Assembly: GCA_021776925.1 (NCBI GenBank)
Contig: JAJFFB010000100.1
Span: 35,894-99,893 of the forward strand
Source: Planctomycetota bacterium
GTDB lineage: Bacteria > Planctomycetota > UBA1135
DNA: 64,000 bases
Reading direction: 5' to 3'
Made by a program: the position numbers and the translations under genes
In this document: positions 1 to 9,837 of the stretch, in pieces
Layout of the letters: each line of letters opens with the position of its first letter
How positions within the stretch are numbered: the stretch's first letter is position 1
Notes under the pieces: generated by a model
Database searches by the model: none
The model's input: the letters and a program-made list of their open reading frames with translations, nothing else
What the model was told of the DNA's origin: nothing

Positions 1-132
1 GACGGCAGCGAACGCCTCACCCGGCTCGTGGCCAGCCACGACGCGGCCCTCGACGGCCGCCTGCTGCTGGCTCTGTTCCTGCTGCTGGCAGCCACCGAGT
101 GGTTCCTGCGCAAGCGCTCCAACCTGTCCTGA
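1..132 (+). CDS. 3' end of a membrane-anchored protein (partial; gene starts upstream of the window)
   Basis: Frame 1 is open from base 1 to TGA at 130-132. It encodes ...DGRLLLALFLLLAATEWFLRKRSNLS, a C-terminal TM helix followed by a basic tail. The stop overlaps the next ATG (TGATG). Confidence 0.5.
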   Translation, partial: DGSERLTRLVASHDAALDGRLLLALFLLLAATEWFLRKRSNLS

Positions 133-3100
133 TGCTCTTCCACCACCTGCTCCTGCTGCTGCCTGGAATCGCCTTCCAGCGAACGGAGCCGGAACAGGAA
201 CCGGGCGTGACGGTGCCGGTGGACCGGGCCTTGGAATCGGTGCTCGAAGACGCCGAGCGCTTCTTGCAGGAGGAAGAACAGGCCGGTGCAGCGGTGGCTC
301 TCCTGCAGGAGGTGCTCGAGGCCGGGCCCCAGGTCCTGGTTCCCGGAGCGGAACCCGGTCTCTACCTCGGTGCTTCGGTGCGCGCCGAGAGTTTGCTCGC
401 CGGTCTTTCCGCGGCCGGCATTGCGCAGCGCAATGAGCTGGTCCACCGACGCGCCGCAGCCGCCCTCGCCGAGGCTCTCGATCCGCCCGATCCGGCGGCC
501 CTGCGCCAGATCGCTGCGCGCTTTCTCGCCACGCCGGTCGGCGAACGCGCGGCAATGGCGCTGGCCGAACTGGAACTGGACCGCGGCTTCCACGGCAGCC
601 AGCGGATTGCCGCGCCCTTCTTCTTGCCGGTTTACAGCGACGAAAAAGACGCGCGCCTGCCGCTGGTCGACGCGTCCGGCCTGCGCCCTTTGTGGCGCTA
701 CCACTTCCGCGATCCAAGGATCCAGCACAACACGCGCAGCCACCGTCTGGCCTTCGGTGAGGGTCTGGTGTATCTGACCAATGGCGTGGAAGTCGCCGCC
801 CTCGACCTCGGCAGCGGCAACGAGGTATGGCAGTTTCCTTATGCTCCCGGCTGGGACGACCTCGGCGAACGCGACATCCAAGAGATCTTCGCCGGCTACA
901 ACCCGGACATGCTCACCGTTCCGGTGATCGAAGACGGCATCCTGCTGGTGGTGTTGCAGGAACCGATGGCGGTCGGCCGTTTCGACGAGTTCGCGCGGGC
1001 ACCGGGCTACAGTTCGATCGCGGTGCGGCGCAAACTGCCGGCGCGGCGGCTCTACGCCTTCGCCGCGGACAGCGGCGAACTGCTGTGGCGGCAAAAGGTA
1101 CCGTGGCTGGAGAGCCAGGCCGGCGAGCCACGTGGCATGGTCGCCGCGCCGCCCGCGGCGAGCCACGGCAAAGTCTTCCTGATGGTGTACGACGCGGTCG
1201 GCACCATCGACGTGTCGATGGTGGCGCTCGACCTGTACACCGGAGAACAGCAGTGGAAGACCTTCCTGGTTTCTGGCCAGCAAGAGACCAATCTGTTCGG
1301 CAATATCCTGCGCGAGATGGCCTGCCAACCGCCGGCCGCCGACTCCGAGCGCGTGATCGTGTGTACCAACCTGGGCACCATCAGCGCGCTTGATCCCGAC
1401 AACGGCCGCAGCTTATGGACGCGGGTCTACCCGCGGACGCGCGTGCACACCTTCCAGAACGGCCTCGAGTCTTCGCGCCCGGAAACCTTCGCCAACGGAC
1501 CGCTGGCCTATCAGGACGACCTGGTGGTGTGTGCGCCGCGCGACTCGTCCACCGCGCTCGCCCTCAACGCCGAAGACGGCAGCCTGCTGACCTCCTGGCC
1601 CTACGCCGACGGCGATTACGGGCAGTTGCGCAGCCTGGTCGGAGTCACCAAGCGCGGAGTCTGGTTCCACGGCACCCATCTTGCCTTCCTGCCGTTCCCC
1701 GGATCAGGCGCACCCACACGCGTTTCCAAACCGCTCTACGGAAGCAACGGACGCGCCTCGAGCCGGTTTTCCGCAGCGCTCGCCTGGGGCGAGGCGCTGG
1801 CACCGGCAGGCAACGTCATCCGCGTGCTCGATCCGCAGAGTTGTGAGTCCACTTCCACCATCGTTGGCTTCCCTGGCAGCGGCCACGAAATGGGTCCGCT
1901 GCAGGTCGCTCCGGGCCTCGCCTTCATCCTGCGTCCGGGTGGCGTTACCGCCTACTCCTCGCCGCGCGCGATCCTCAAAACCCTGGCCCGCACCGGCGCC
2001 GACGAGGACAGCCTGGAACGCATTCTGCCCTTCCTCGAAGGGGTCGACCTTTCCGACCAGGTCACTGCAGAGCGCGTCGCCGAACGCACCGAAGAACTGA
2101 TCGACGCAGCGCCGAACGACGCATTGGCCGAGCGCCTGCGCCTGCTCGCCGCGCGCGGGCGGTTTGCACTGGCCGAGGGGGTGCGCGCTCTCGACTTGTT
2201 ACAGCCCTTGCTGCGCTCGCACGACAGCAGCCGGCGCCTCGACGCAGCCATTCTGGCCCTGGACGTGCTCGAACGCAGCGATCCTGCTCATTCTATGTTC
2301 GAGCCGGTGCTGCGCATCCTCGAGAACAGCGAGCGCAGCCTGCTGCACCGGCATGACGGGCGCATCGAACCGCGCACGGTCACCCTGGCCCGCGCCCACG
2401 TGCTGCGCAGCGGGTCGCGCCAATTCGGCAGCAACGGTCACCTCGACGCGCTCCTGCATCTGCTCGCCATGGAAAACCTGGACCGCTTCAATCAAGGCAG
2501 CCTTGACCTGGAGCACTGGGCCCGTCTGCAATTGCACGCCACGCTGAAAGACCCGCAGGCCGCCAGCCGTCTGGAGCGCAAGGCGCGCCGTGCCTTTGAT
2601 CGTGAAGCTCCCAGCGACAGTCTGATGCGTCGTTTTGCCGGCACCGACACGGCGTGGGAATGGATCCGGCAGGCGGCTTCCGCAGGCGCCGATCCGACCG
2701 ATCTGGTGCTCATCGCCGGCTGGTTGCGCAACTTCGATTGGCCCGACCCCGCTGCGGCCGAAAGCCTGATCGATCCCGCCAAGCTGCTCGACGACAAGAT
2801 GGTTGCGCGCCTGCCCAAAGGCCTCGAGGTGCAGTGGCGCTACGATCTTGAAGGGGCTCACTTGCTCGACATGCGCGTCACCGAGAACGGTGGGCGCCTA
2901 CTGGTGCTGGACAAGATCGAAGCCTTTTTGGTCGACCTCGACGCCCATGGTTCGAAGGCCGGAAGCCCGGTGCGTCTGGCTCCGGCGAGCTCCTTGCTCG
3001 AACCGATCAGCAGGCGCGCCTTCGTGCACCGCAACGGCGCCACCATCATTGCCGGCACCACCTGGTGGCAGCTCTACCCCGATGACCGGTACCAGACGCT

Positions 3101-4079
3101 GCGTCTGCCCGCGCGCCCGGTAGAGGTGCAGCGCATCGGCGGTTTCGTGGCACTATTGTTCGCCGGCGGGAGCGGCGAGATGCTGCTGCAGGTGCGCGAG
3201 CTGGCAAGTGGCACGCTGCTGCTCGAGGAAACGGTCTCGGTGCGGCCGGAAAGCCGCCACCGCATGATCGAGGCCGGGGGCGACCTCTACCTGTTCCAGT
3301 CGCAGGTGCCCAAGGTGGTGCGGGTGCCGATGTTCCGCCACCAGGACCCGGACAACCTGGCCCTGCGTACCTCGCCGACTTCGAACGAAATGCAACGGGC
3401 GCTGGCCTTCCCCGGTGGCCTGATGATCCCCTTCTCGCGGCGCCAGTCGCAGTTCCTGCACTTTCAGGAACTGGGCAAAACACGCGAGGTCGAGCTGGCC
3501 GACAAGGCGCTGCTGCGCACCTTCCACAGTCCCGGCGGCCGCGGCTGGCTGACCCAGCCGACCGGCGCTGGATTGCGCGATTCCGCCAGCCGCATCTGGT
3601 GGCAGGGCGCAGCGATGGACCGCGCCGAAAGTCTGACCTTCCGCGACCTCGAAGTGCGTTTCGCCAACTTTGAAGACTACAGCCAAGGCGCCGAAGACCT
3701 CGGCGTGGACCGCATGCTGGCTTTTGAAAAGGCCGTCGACGGCACCGTGATTCTGGTGCAGATCGATCTTCCTGCCGACGGTCCCCCACGGCGTGGATGG
3801 TCCCTGCCACTGAAAGAGCTGCGCTACGACCGCCTGTCCTCGACCATCGCCGATCCGGTGGCCACCGAAGACGGCTGGGTGCTGGCACTGAAATTGCTAC
3901 CCGATGGCGGTCGTGGGCGGCGCATGATCACCCTTCTGGTCGACACCGACGGACGTCTGCGCGACACGATCAGTTTTGACACCGACACCACCAGCAGCCT
4001 GCAGATGCGCCTCGATGTCGGCGACGGACACGTTTTGTTGCGCCACGATCACCTCATCTACCTGCTGAGCAAAGACTGA
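132..4079 (+). CDS. large exported protein with PQQ/BamB-like beta-propeller repeats
   Basis: ORF 99..4079. ATG at 132 overlaps the upstream stop and starts a hydrophobic N-terminus (MLFHHLLLLLPGIAF). Recurrent propeller-type motifs: VAALDLGSGNEVWQF, AFAADSGELLWRQ, VALDLYTGEQQWKT, ISALDPDNGRSLWTR, ALNAEDGSLL. Confidence 0.75.
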   Translation: MLFHHLLLLLPGIAFQRTEPEQEPGVTVPVDRALESVLEDAERFLQEEEQAGAAVALLQEVLEAGPQVLVPGAEPGLYLGASVRAESLLAGLSAAGIAQRNELVHRRAAAALAEALDPPDPAALRQIAARFLATPVGERAAMALAELELDRGFHGSQRIAAPFFLPVYSDEKDARLPLVDASGLRPLWRYHFRDPRIQHNTRSHRLAFGEGLVYLTNGVEVAALDLGSGNEVWQFPYAPGWDDLGERDIQEIFAGYNPDMLTVPVIEDGILLVVLQEPMAVGRFDEFARAPGYSSIAVRRKLPARRLYAFAADSGELLWRQKVPWLESQAGEPRGMVAAPPAASHGKVFLMVYDAVGTIDVSMVALDLYTGEQQWKTFLVSGQQETNLFGNILREMACQPPAADSERVIVCTNLGTISALDPDNGRSLWTRVYPRTRVHTFQNGLESSRPETFANGPLAYQDDLVVCAPRDSSTALALNAEDGSLLTSWPYADGDYGQLRSLVGVTKRGVWFHGTHLAFLPFPGSGAPTRVSKPLYGSNGRASSRFSAALAWGEALAPAGNVIRVLDPQSCESTSTIVGFPGSGHEMGPLQVAPGLAFILRPGGVTAYSSPRAILKTLARTGADEDSLERILPFLEGVDLSDQVTAERVAERTEELIDAAPNDALAERLRLLAARGRFALAEGVRALDLLQPLLRSHDSSRRLDAAILALDVLERSDPAHSMFEPVLRILENSERSLLHRHDGRIEPRTVTLARAHVLRSGSRQFGSNGHLDALLHLLAMENLDRFNQGSLDLEHWARLQLHATLKDPQAASRLERKARRAFDREAPSDSLMRRFAGTDTAWEWIRQAASAGADPTDLVLIAGWLRNFDWPDPAAAESLIDPAKLLDDKMVARLPKGLEVQWRYDLEGAHLLDMRVTENGGRLLVLDKIEAFLVDLDAHGSKAGSPVRLAPASSLLEPISRRAFVHRNGATIIAGTTWWQLYPDDRYQTLRLPARPVEVQRIGGFVALLFAGGSGEMLLQVRELASGTLLLEETVSVRPESRHRMIEAGGDLYLFQSQVPKVVRVPMFRHQDPDNLALRTSPTSNEMQRALAFPGGLMIPFSRRQSQFLHFQELGKTREVELADKALLRTFHSPGGRGWLTQPTGAGLRDSASRIWWQGAAMDRAESLTFRDLEVRFANFEDYSQGAEDLGVDRMLAFEKAVDGTVILVQIDLPADGPPRRGWSLPLKELRYDRLSSTIADPVATEDGWVLALKLLPDGGRGRRMITLLVDTDGRLRDTISFDTDTTSSLQMRLDVGDGHVLLRHDHLIYLLSKD

Positions 4080-5158
4080 TGCTGACCACCGCACTGCTGC
4101 TTCTCGCCCAGGTGGCGGTTGCCCCGCCGCAACCGTCGGTCCTGTCCCCCGAAGGCCTCGCCGCTGCCAACCGCGGACTCGCCTACCTCGCCAGCAACCA
4201 GCGCGAAAACGGCGCGTGGTCGGCCGACGTCGGTTACAAACTGGAAGACAGCTACCGCGTGTGGAATTACGATTCCGCCCACGTCGGGGTCACCGCCCTG
4301 GCCGGCATGGCTTTCCTCGCCGGTGGCCACGTGCCCGGCCGCGGGCCCTATGGCAAAGTGGTCGAGCGGGCCACCAACTATCTATTGAAGCACATCCGCA
4401 GCGACGGCTATATCACCGACAACGAAACGCGCATGTACTCGCACGCCTTCGCCACGCTGTTCCTGGCCGAGGTCTACGGCATGAACCAGCGCGACGACGT
4501 GCGTCCCACCCTGCAGAAGGCGGTCGACCTGATCGTTGCCAGCCAGAACACCCAGGGTGGCTGGCGCTACCAGCCGCACGTCGCCGACGCCGACATGTCG
4601 GTGGCGGCGTGCCAGGTGATGGCTTTGCGTGCGGCGCGCAACATCGGCATCCGGGTGCCGCGCCAGACCATTGACAAGGCGGTCAAATACGTGCGCGACA
4701 GCGCCGTGCGGGAAGAGGACAGCCTGTTTCTGTCCCCCTACACCGTGCCAGGGATGTTCCGCTACCAGCCGCAGGTGCGCTCGCGCGCCTCCGAGCCGCT
4801 GACCGCCGCAGGTATCACCATCTTGCACGGAGCCGGAGTTTACGCCGACGCTGACATCGAAAACGGCTTCCGCGTGCTCGACCGCCGTCTCGAACCCTTT
4901 TCGATGGAATACGGTCCGCGCTACAACGGCCACTACTACTTCTACTACGGCCACTACTACGCAGTCCAGGCCTACCACATTGCCGGCGGCAAGCGCTATG
5001 AGAAGTACTTCCGCTTCATTGAGCGCGTGCTGCTGCAGATGCAGAAGGAAGACGGGTCGTGGCCGAACCGCATCGGACCGGGCCCAGCCTACGGCACCGC
5101 CACCGCCTGCCTGATCCTGCAGATACCCAAGGAGTACCTGCCGATTTTCCAACGATGA
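4079..5158 (+). CDS. secreted prenyltransferase/squalene-oxidase-repeat (terpene-cyclase-like alpha/alpha toroid) protein
   Basis: Signal-like N-terminus MLTTALLLLAQVAVAPP. Repeated Q-x-x-x-G-x-W motifs (NQRENGAWS, QNTQGGWRY, QKEDGSWPN) are typical of this repeat family. ATG overlaps the upstream stop (TGATG at 4077-4081). Confidence 0.75.
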   Translation: MLTTALLLLAQVAVAPPQPSVLSPEGLAAANRGLAYLASNQRENGAWSADVGYKLEDSYRVWNYDSAHVGVTALAGMAFLAGGHVPGRGPYGKVVERATNYLLKHIRSDGYITDNETRMYSHAFATLFLAEVYGMNQRDDVRPTLQKAVDLIVASQNTQGGWRYQPHVADADMSVAACQVMALRAARNIGIRVPRQTIDKAVKYVRDSAVREEDSLFLSPYTVPGMFRYQPQVRSRASEPLTAAGITILHGAGVYADADIENGFRVLDRRLEPFSMEYGPRYNGHYYFYYGHYYAVQAYHIAGGKRYEKYFRFIERVLLQMQKEDGSWPNRIGPGPAYGTATACLILQIPKEYLPIFQR

Positions 5159-7257
5159 CCAGCAGCCTTCTGCCTGACGGTGTACGCAGCACCCTGCGCA
5201 CCTTCGAGCGCCGCATCCTCGCCTTGCTGCTGCTGTTCGGCAGCGGGCGCCTGTTGCGCGTGCTGGCCGCGCTGCTCGCCGCTCTCTATGCGATGGACCG
5301 CTTGTTCGAACCACCGCCTTGGTTCCGACTGGGCCTAGCCGCGCTCGGCGTGTTCTTCCTCGGCAGAGGCGCATTGCAGAACCTGATGCGGCCGCTGCGC
5401 GAGCGGCCGCGCAAGGCCGATCTCGCCGCCCTGCTCGAACGCACCCATCCTGGACTCGAAGACCGCCTGGCCACTGCGATCGAGATCGGTCACAGCCATC
5501 CGGGCGAATCGTCCGAGCTCAAACATGCCGCCGCGATCGAAGCTGAAATCTGGATCGAAGGCATCGACCTGCACCAGGCCGCTCCAGCCGGGAGCGCGCG
5601 GCGCAGCGCCTTGCAGGGTCTGGCCGCAGCTGCAGTCCTGCTCGGGGCTGCATGGATGCAGCCTGCCGAGGCCCGCACCTTCTTCGACCGTTTGTTCGGG
5701 GGCGCCTCGGCCTGGCCTCGCGATACCACCCTGGTCCTGCTGCCGCCCTTTGCCGCGCACAGCGCCGACCCGCTGGAACTCGATCAGACCGCGCCGGAAC
5801 GCTACCGCCTGCTGGTCGCGCAGGGCACCTCGTTGACCCTGCGCGTACGCGCCCATGGCGAGGTTCCCGACCGCATCACCGCAGCGGGGCCGCTGGGCGA
5901 ACGCGCGATGCAGCCGCTCGGCGGCGGCGAGTTCATCCTGCGCTTGCCGCCCCTGGAAGAAGCCGCCCGCTGGACCTTCCGCGGCGGCGATGACGACGAC
6001 GACCTGCCGCTCCTCGTAATGGAGCCTGGCATCGCCCCGGCGGTGACCGATTGGCTGGTTCACACCACCCCCCCCGCTTCCACCGGCCGGCCGCCGGCAG
6101 ATTCCTCCGCCACCGAATTCCGCGTGCCCAGCGGCACCCACTTCGAGGTCCGATTCGCCAGCGACCTGGCGGTCGCCGAAGCTGCACTCACCACCCTGGA
6201 TGGTCGCCGGGAGGTGCTCAGCGCCTCAGCCGACGGCAGCTGGAACTTCGCCCTGGATGCCGACCTGTCCGGGGAACGCACCATCGAACTGACCGGCCAC
6301 GACGGCTTCCGCAACGGCCAGGCTGCGGTGCTGCGCTGGCACGCCGAACCGGACCGCGCGCCGCGCGTCGACTTCGTGTTTCCAGATCAGCGCTGGAATA
6401 CGGTCGCCGGAGCGGTGGTCCCGATCACATTGGATGCCGGCGACGACTACGGACTGGCCCAGGTCGAGCTGAATTCCGGTGACGCCGACTCTGCCTGGTC
6501 CCCACAATTCCCCGCCGGAGCCCGATCGTGGCAGCACTTCGAGACCTGGAAGGTTCCCGCGCCCTCGGCCGAAGATTTCAGCATGGAATTCCGCGTGCGC
6601 ATTGAAGCCAAGGTGGTCGACGGCGCACAACCTGCAGCGCAGAGCAGCGCCGCCCAGGCGCCCTGGATCCAAGTGGTGCCGGCCGAAGTCTTCGACGAGA
6701 ATCTGGCCGATCACATGGTCCGCATCCGCGAACGGATCGAGGATCAATTGCGCCGCCTGCAACCTCTGCAGGACGATGCCACCTCGCTAAATCCGATCCC
6801 CATCGCCCGACGCCTCGACCGGGACTTGTCCGGAATGCTCCAGGACCTCGAGCGCCTGCTGCTGGAACGGGTCTATGCGGGGCTGGACCGAGGTTCGCTC
6901 GCCGTGCAACCCACCCTCAACGCCCTGCTTGCCCTGGGTGCGCCTTCGGCCGGAGAAATCACCTCTGCTCTCGGCGGCGAAGGGGTATCCACCCTTCTTG
7001 ACCGCTCCGGACTGCTGCTGGACCTTGCCCGTGCCGCCAACCAGGCGCGTACCGGCCCGGCCCAGGAACTGCGCAATTCGGCGCTCGAGGAGGGTGCTCT
7101 GGGACCCCCTGCAGCGGAATTGGCACTCCAATTACGCTCGATGCTGGATATTTTGCTCGCCTGGGAGGACTTTCAATCCGCCGTGGACCTGTTAAGGGGC
7201 TTGCTTGATCGGCAGCGTACCCTTTATCTTCGAACCCAAGAGGCTTCTGCACGATAA
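5155..7257 (+). CDS. membrane protein with two N-terminal TM helices and a large extracytoplasmic domain (DUF4175-like by recollection)
   Basis: ORF 5059..7257. ATG at 5155 forms an ATGA overlap with the upstream stop. TM segments LALLLLFGSGRLLRVLAALLAAL and LGLAALGVFFLG. No catalytic motif recognised. Confidence 0.6.
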   Translation: MTSSLLPDGVRSTLRTFERRILALLLLFGSGRLLRVLAALLAALYAMDRLFEPPPWFRLGLAALGVFFLGRGALQNLMRPLRERPRKADLAALLERTHPGLEDRLATAIEIGHSHPGESSELKHAAAIEAEIWIEGIDLHQAAPAGSARRSALQGLAAAAVLLGAAWMQPAEARTFFDRLFGGASAWPRDTTLVLLPPFAAHSADPLELDQTAPERYRLLVAQGTSLTLRVRAHGEVPDRITAAGPLGERAMQPLGGGEFILRLPPLEEAARWTFRGGDDDDDLPLLVMEPGIAPAVTDWLVHTTPPASTGRPPADSSATEFRVPSGTHFEVRFASDLAVAEAALTTLDGRREVLSASADGSWNFALDADLSGERTIELTGHDGFRNGQAAVLRWHAEPDRAPRVDFVFPDQRWNTVAGAVVPITLDAGDDYGLAQVELNSGDADSAWSPQFPAGARSWQHFETWKVPAPSAEDFSMEFRVRIEAKVVDGAQPAAQSSAAQAPWIQVVPAEVFDENLADHMVRIRERIEDQLRRLQPLQDDATSLNPIPIARRLDRDLSGMLQDLERLLLERVYAGLDRGSLAVQPTLNALLALGAPSAGEITSALGGEGVSTLLDRSGLLLDLARAANQARTGPAQELRNSALEEGALGPPAAELALQLRSMLDILLAWEDFQSAVDLLRGLLDRQRTLYLRTQEASAR

Positions 7258-7267
7258 GAACAGAGGA

Positions 7268-9061
7268 ATGCCCTTTCTGACCACCACCTTGATCCTGATG
7301 CTCCTGGCTCCGGTCCCGACCGCGGCCGCGGCCGCCGAGTTGGCCGCCGCCGCCGTTGCGCCCGTCCCGACCTCAGTCTCGAGCGCCAGGCAGGATCCGG
7401 TGGAGTTCAGCCGCCTTTCCAGCGACCAGAGGCAACTCGCACAACAAGTCAGAAGGCTTGATAAAATCCTCGAAATCCTGGAAGAGAAGCAGCGCAAGGA
7501 CGGCGACGCTTCCCAGGCCGATTTGCTCGCCGGCGCCCGCGTGCGCCTCGCCCAGGCCGGCGAAGAGGGCAGCCTGGCCTCGCTCCTGGAAGCGGTGGCC
7601 GCGGATCTGGCCGAATTGCAGGCTGGCAACGCGCTCGAGCAGCAGGCCGGGCTGGTGCGCACCTTTGAAGAGCTGCTCGACTATCTGCTCGAGAGCCAGC
7701 GCCGTGAACAGGTCGCCAGCCTGCTGGCGGAGGCGCGCGCCCGCGAAGGCGCGCTGCGCGAGTTGGCGGCTGATCAGGAGCGCCTTCTGCGCGAAACCGA
7801 AGCCCTGAATCAAAGTGAAATGGAGAGCGGCGAGCGCAACCAGGCCGCACGGGATGCTTTGGCCCAAGCGCAAGCCGAGTTGAACGCGCGCATCGAAGAA
7901 ATGGCGCAGGAACTGGCCGCCAAAGGCCGGGACTCCGAGCGCACCGAAGAGGCCGCCGCCGCAGGTGCCCAAGCCGAACGCGAGCTCAACGAACGCGAAC
8001 CCGGCGAACAAGCCGAACCCGGCGAACAAGCCGAGCCCGGCGAACAAGCCGAACCACCAGAACAGAACGAAGCTCAGCGCGGCGAGCCCCAGGAAGGCGG
8101 GCAATCCGACCCACAAGAATCCCCTCCTCCAGGGGACCGCGAGCCGCCCACCGCCGGCAACGATCGACCGCCGCCCCAGGACAGTCAGGCTGCGCCTCAA
8201 CAGGGCAGTCCACAAAACGGGCAGCCGCAGGAAAACCAGCCTCAACCCTTGGACGAGGCGATGGAGCACCAGGAGGAAGCCAAGGAGAAACTCGAAGACG
8301 CTGCCGACGAAGCCGCGCGCGAGGCCGAGCAACTGGCCGATTCGGAAGAACTGGAAACACTGCTCAACGTGCTCGAAGAGGCTGAGAAACTGGCCGCCCA
8401 GCACCAACTGGTCGACGCTGAAATGAATGCCATGGCCACCGAACTCGCCGGAGCGCGGGTTTCGCGCGGTGCGCGCGTTCAGTTGCGCCAGTGGGCCGGC
8501 GAGGAAAAGGCGATCGCCGAAGCAACGGGGGATCTCAACTTCGAGGTGCGCGAGGCCGGCGCCGACAGCTTTCCGTTCCTATTGCGTTCCTTGCAAGAAG
8601 ACCACGGCTTCCTGGCGCGCCGGCTGGGTCCGCCGAAGTACCAGCTCAGTGAGGAACAGATCGACCTTTCCGGACGCATCGCCTATCACTGGGAAAGGCT
8701 GATCGAGGCCTTGCGCACCGAGGCCGAACGGGTGCGGCGTAAACTGGAACGCGAGCAGCAGCAGGATCCAAACCAACAGGGTGGCGGCGAGGATGAGCAG
8801 GATCCGGAGCAGAAGGACCAGCCCTTGGTCGGCCTGGCTGCAGAGGTGCAATTGCTCAAGATGATGGAAGGTGACCTGTTGCACCGCCTGCAGAAAATGG
8901 CCGTACGTCACCAGAAGCTGGCGCAAACCGAACTCGGCCTCGACCTAGACGATCTGGAAGAGATCGACAGCCTGGTCGACCGCCAGAAGCGCTTGCGCGC
9001 GCTGTTCGAATCGATCCTGGAGCGGCTGCAGGAAAGTCGCAATGCCGGAGAAGAAATCTGA
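7268..9061 (+). CDS. secreted, highly acidic coiled-coil protein with EQAEPG repeats
   Basis: ORF 7205..9061. ATG at 7268 gives the signal-like MPFLTTTLILMLLAPVPTAAAA. The rest is E/Q/A/L-rich heptad-like sequence with a Pro/Gln/Glu-rich centre. The start is uncertain (7205 is also possible). Confidence 0.6.
   Translation: MPFLTTTLILMLLAPVPTAAAAAELAAAAVAPVPTSVSSARQDPVEFSRLSSDQRQLAQQVRRLDKILEILEEKQRKDGDASQADLLAGARVRLAQAGEEGSLASLLEAVAADLAELQAGNALEQQAGLVRTFEELLDYLLESQRREQVASLLAEARAREGALRELAADQERLLRETEALNQSEMESGERNQAARDALAQAQAELNARIEEMAQELAAKGRDSERTEEAAAAGAQAERELNEREPGEQAEPGEQAEPGEQAEPPEQNEAQRGEPQEGGQSDPQESPPPGDREPPTAGNDRPPPQDSQAAPQQGSPQNGQPQENQPQPLDEAMEHQEEAKEKLEDAADEAAREAEQLADSEELETLLNVLEEAEKLAAQHQLVDAEMNAMATELAGARVSRGARVQLRQWAGEEKAIAEATGDLNFEVREAGADSFPFLLRSLQEDHGFLARRLGPPKYQLSEEQIDLSGRIAYHWERLIEALRTEAERVRRKLEREQQQDPNQQGGGEDEQDPEQKDQPLVGLAAEVQLLKMMEGDLLHRLQKMAVRHQKLAQTELGLDLDDLEEIDSLVDRQKRLRALFESILERLQESRNAGEEI
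7997..8056. repeat. 18-nt in-frame tandem repeat, about 3.3 copies (gaacccggcgaacaagcc)
   Basis: Read directly: units at 7997-8014, 8015-8032 and 8033-8050 (one mismatch), then a partial unit. Encodes EPGEQA x3. Confidence 0.9.
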
Positions 9062-9753
9062 TGCTGCACCTTCTTTCCTTAATGCTGTTGCTGGCTCAGC
9101 CGCCGCTGGCCCAGGAGCCCCCCCCCAGCGAGGACCCGGTACCTCCTGCGGAACAGGAGCCCGAACGGGAAGACCAAACCCAGGACCCGCCGGAGCGCTT
9201 GAACCGGCAACAGGCGATGGCCGAGATCGCCGCTGCCATTGAGGATGTGCGCCTCGGATTCACCGACGTCGACCGCGTCCTCACCGAAGCCCGCGATCAG
9301 GCGGAAAGCGCCGCGGAAGAGGCGGGCGCCCCGGTGCATGAAGGACTGTTGGCCGCCGCCCAGCACGCCGAAGACCTGATCGCCGATATGGAACTTCTGC
9401 TTTCCCTCCTGCCCGAGGACGATTCGCAGGAATCCCAATCGCAAGCCAACAGCTCATCTCAGTCGGCCTCCGAGGGGCACCAGCAGCGCGATCCACGCGA
9501 CCGCCCGGAACCCCGTCAGGAGCCCGATCTGGCCCAGGATCGCAATCAGGGGCGCAACCACGACGCCAACGACGTGCCGCCCGACCAGCTGGCCCTGCCG
9601 GTTTTCATCCTGCCTGGGGCCAGCGGCTCCTGGGGGCATCTTCCGCCACGCCTGCAGGAAACCCTGGAAAACGCCCACGCCGAAGACCTCCCGCTGCGCT
9701 ATCGCAAGCTATTACAGCAGTTTCACGGCCGTCAGCAGCGTGTGGACGGCTGA
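9061..9753 (+). CDS. secreted acidic low-complexity protein
   Basis: ATG overlaps the upstream TGA (TGATG at 9059-9063). Signal-like MLHLLSLMLLLAQPPLAQ. The body is D/E/Q/P-rich. No domain recognised. Confidence 0.55.
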   Translation: MLHLLSLMLLLAQPPLAQEPPPSEDPVPPAEQEPEREDQTQDPPERLNRQQAMAEIAAAIEDVRLGFTDVDRVLTEARDQAESAAEEAGAPVHEGLLAAAQHAEDLIADMELLLSLLPEDDSQESQSQANSSSQSASEGHQQRDPRDRPEPRQEPDLAQDRNQGRNHDANDVPPDQLALPVFILPGASGSWGHLPPRLQETLENAHAEDLPLRYRKLLQQFHGRQQRVDG

Positions 9754-9837
9754 GCAGGGGCTCCTGTGCGCTCAGGCGGGTCCGGCCTATCACCGCGATC
9801 CCGACGACCACAACGGCCACTGGCCATTGACGTAAAA

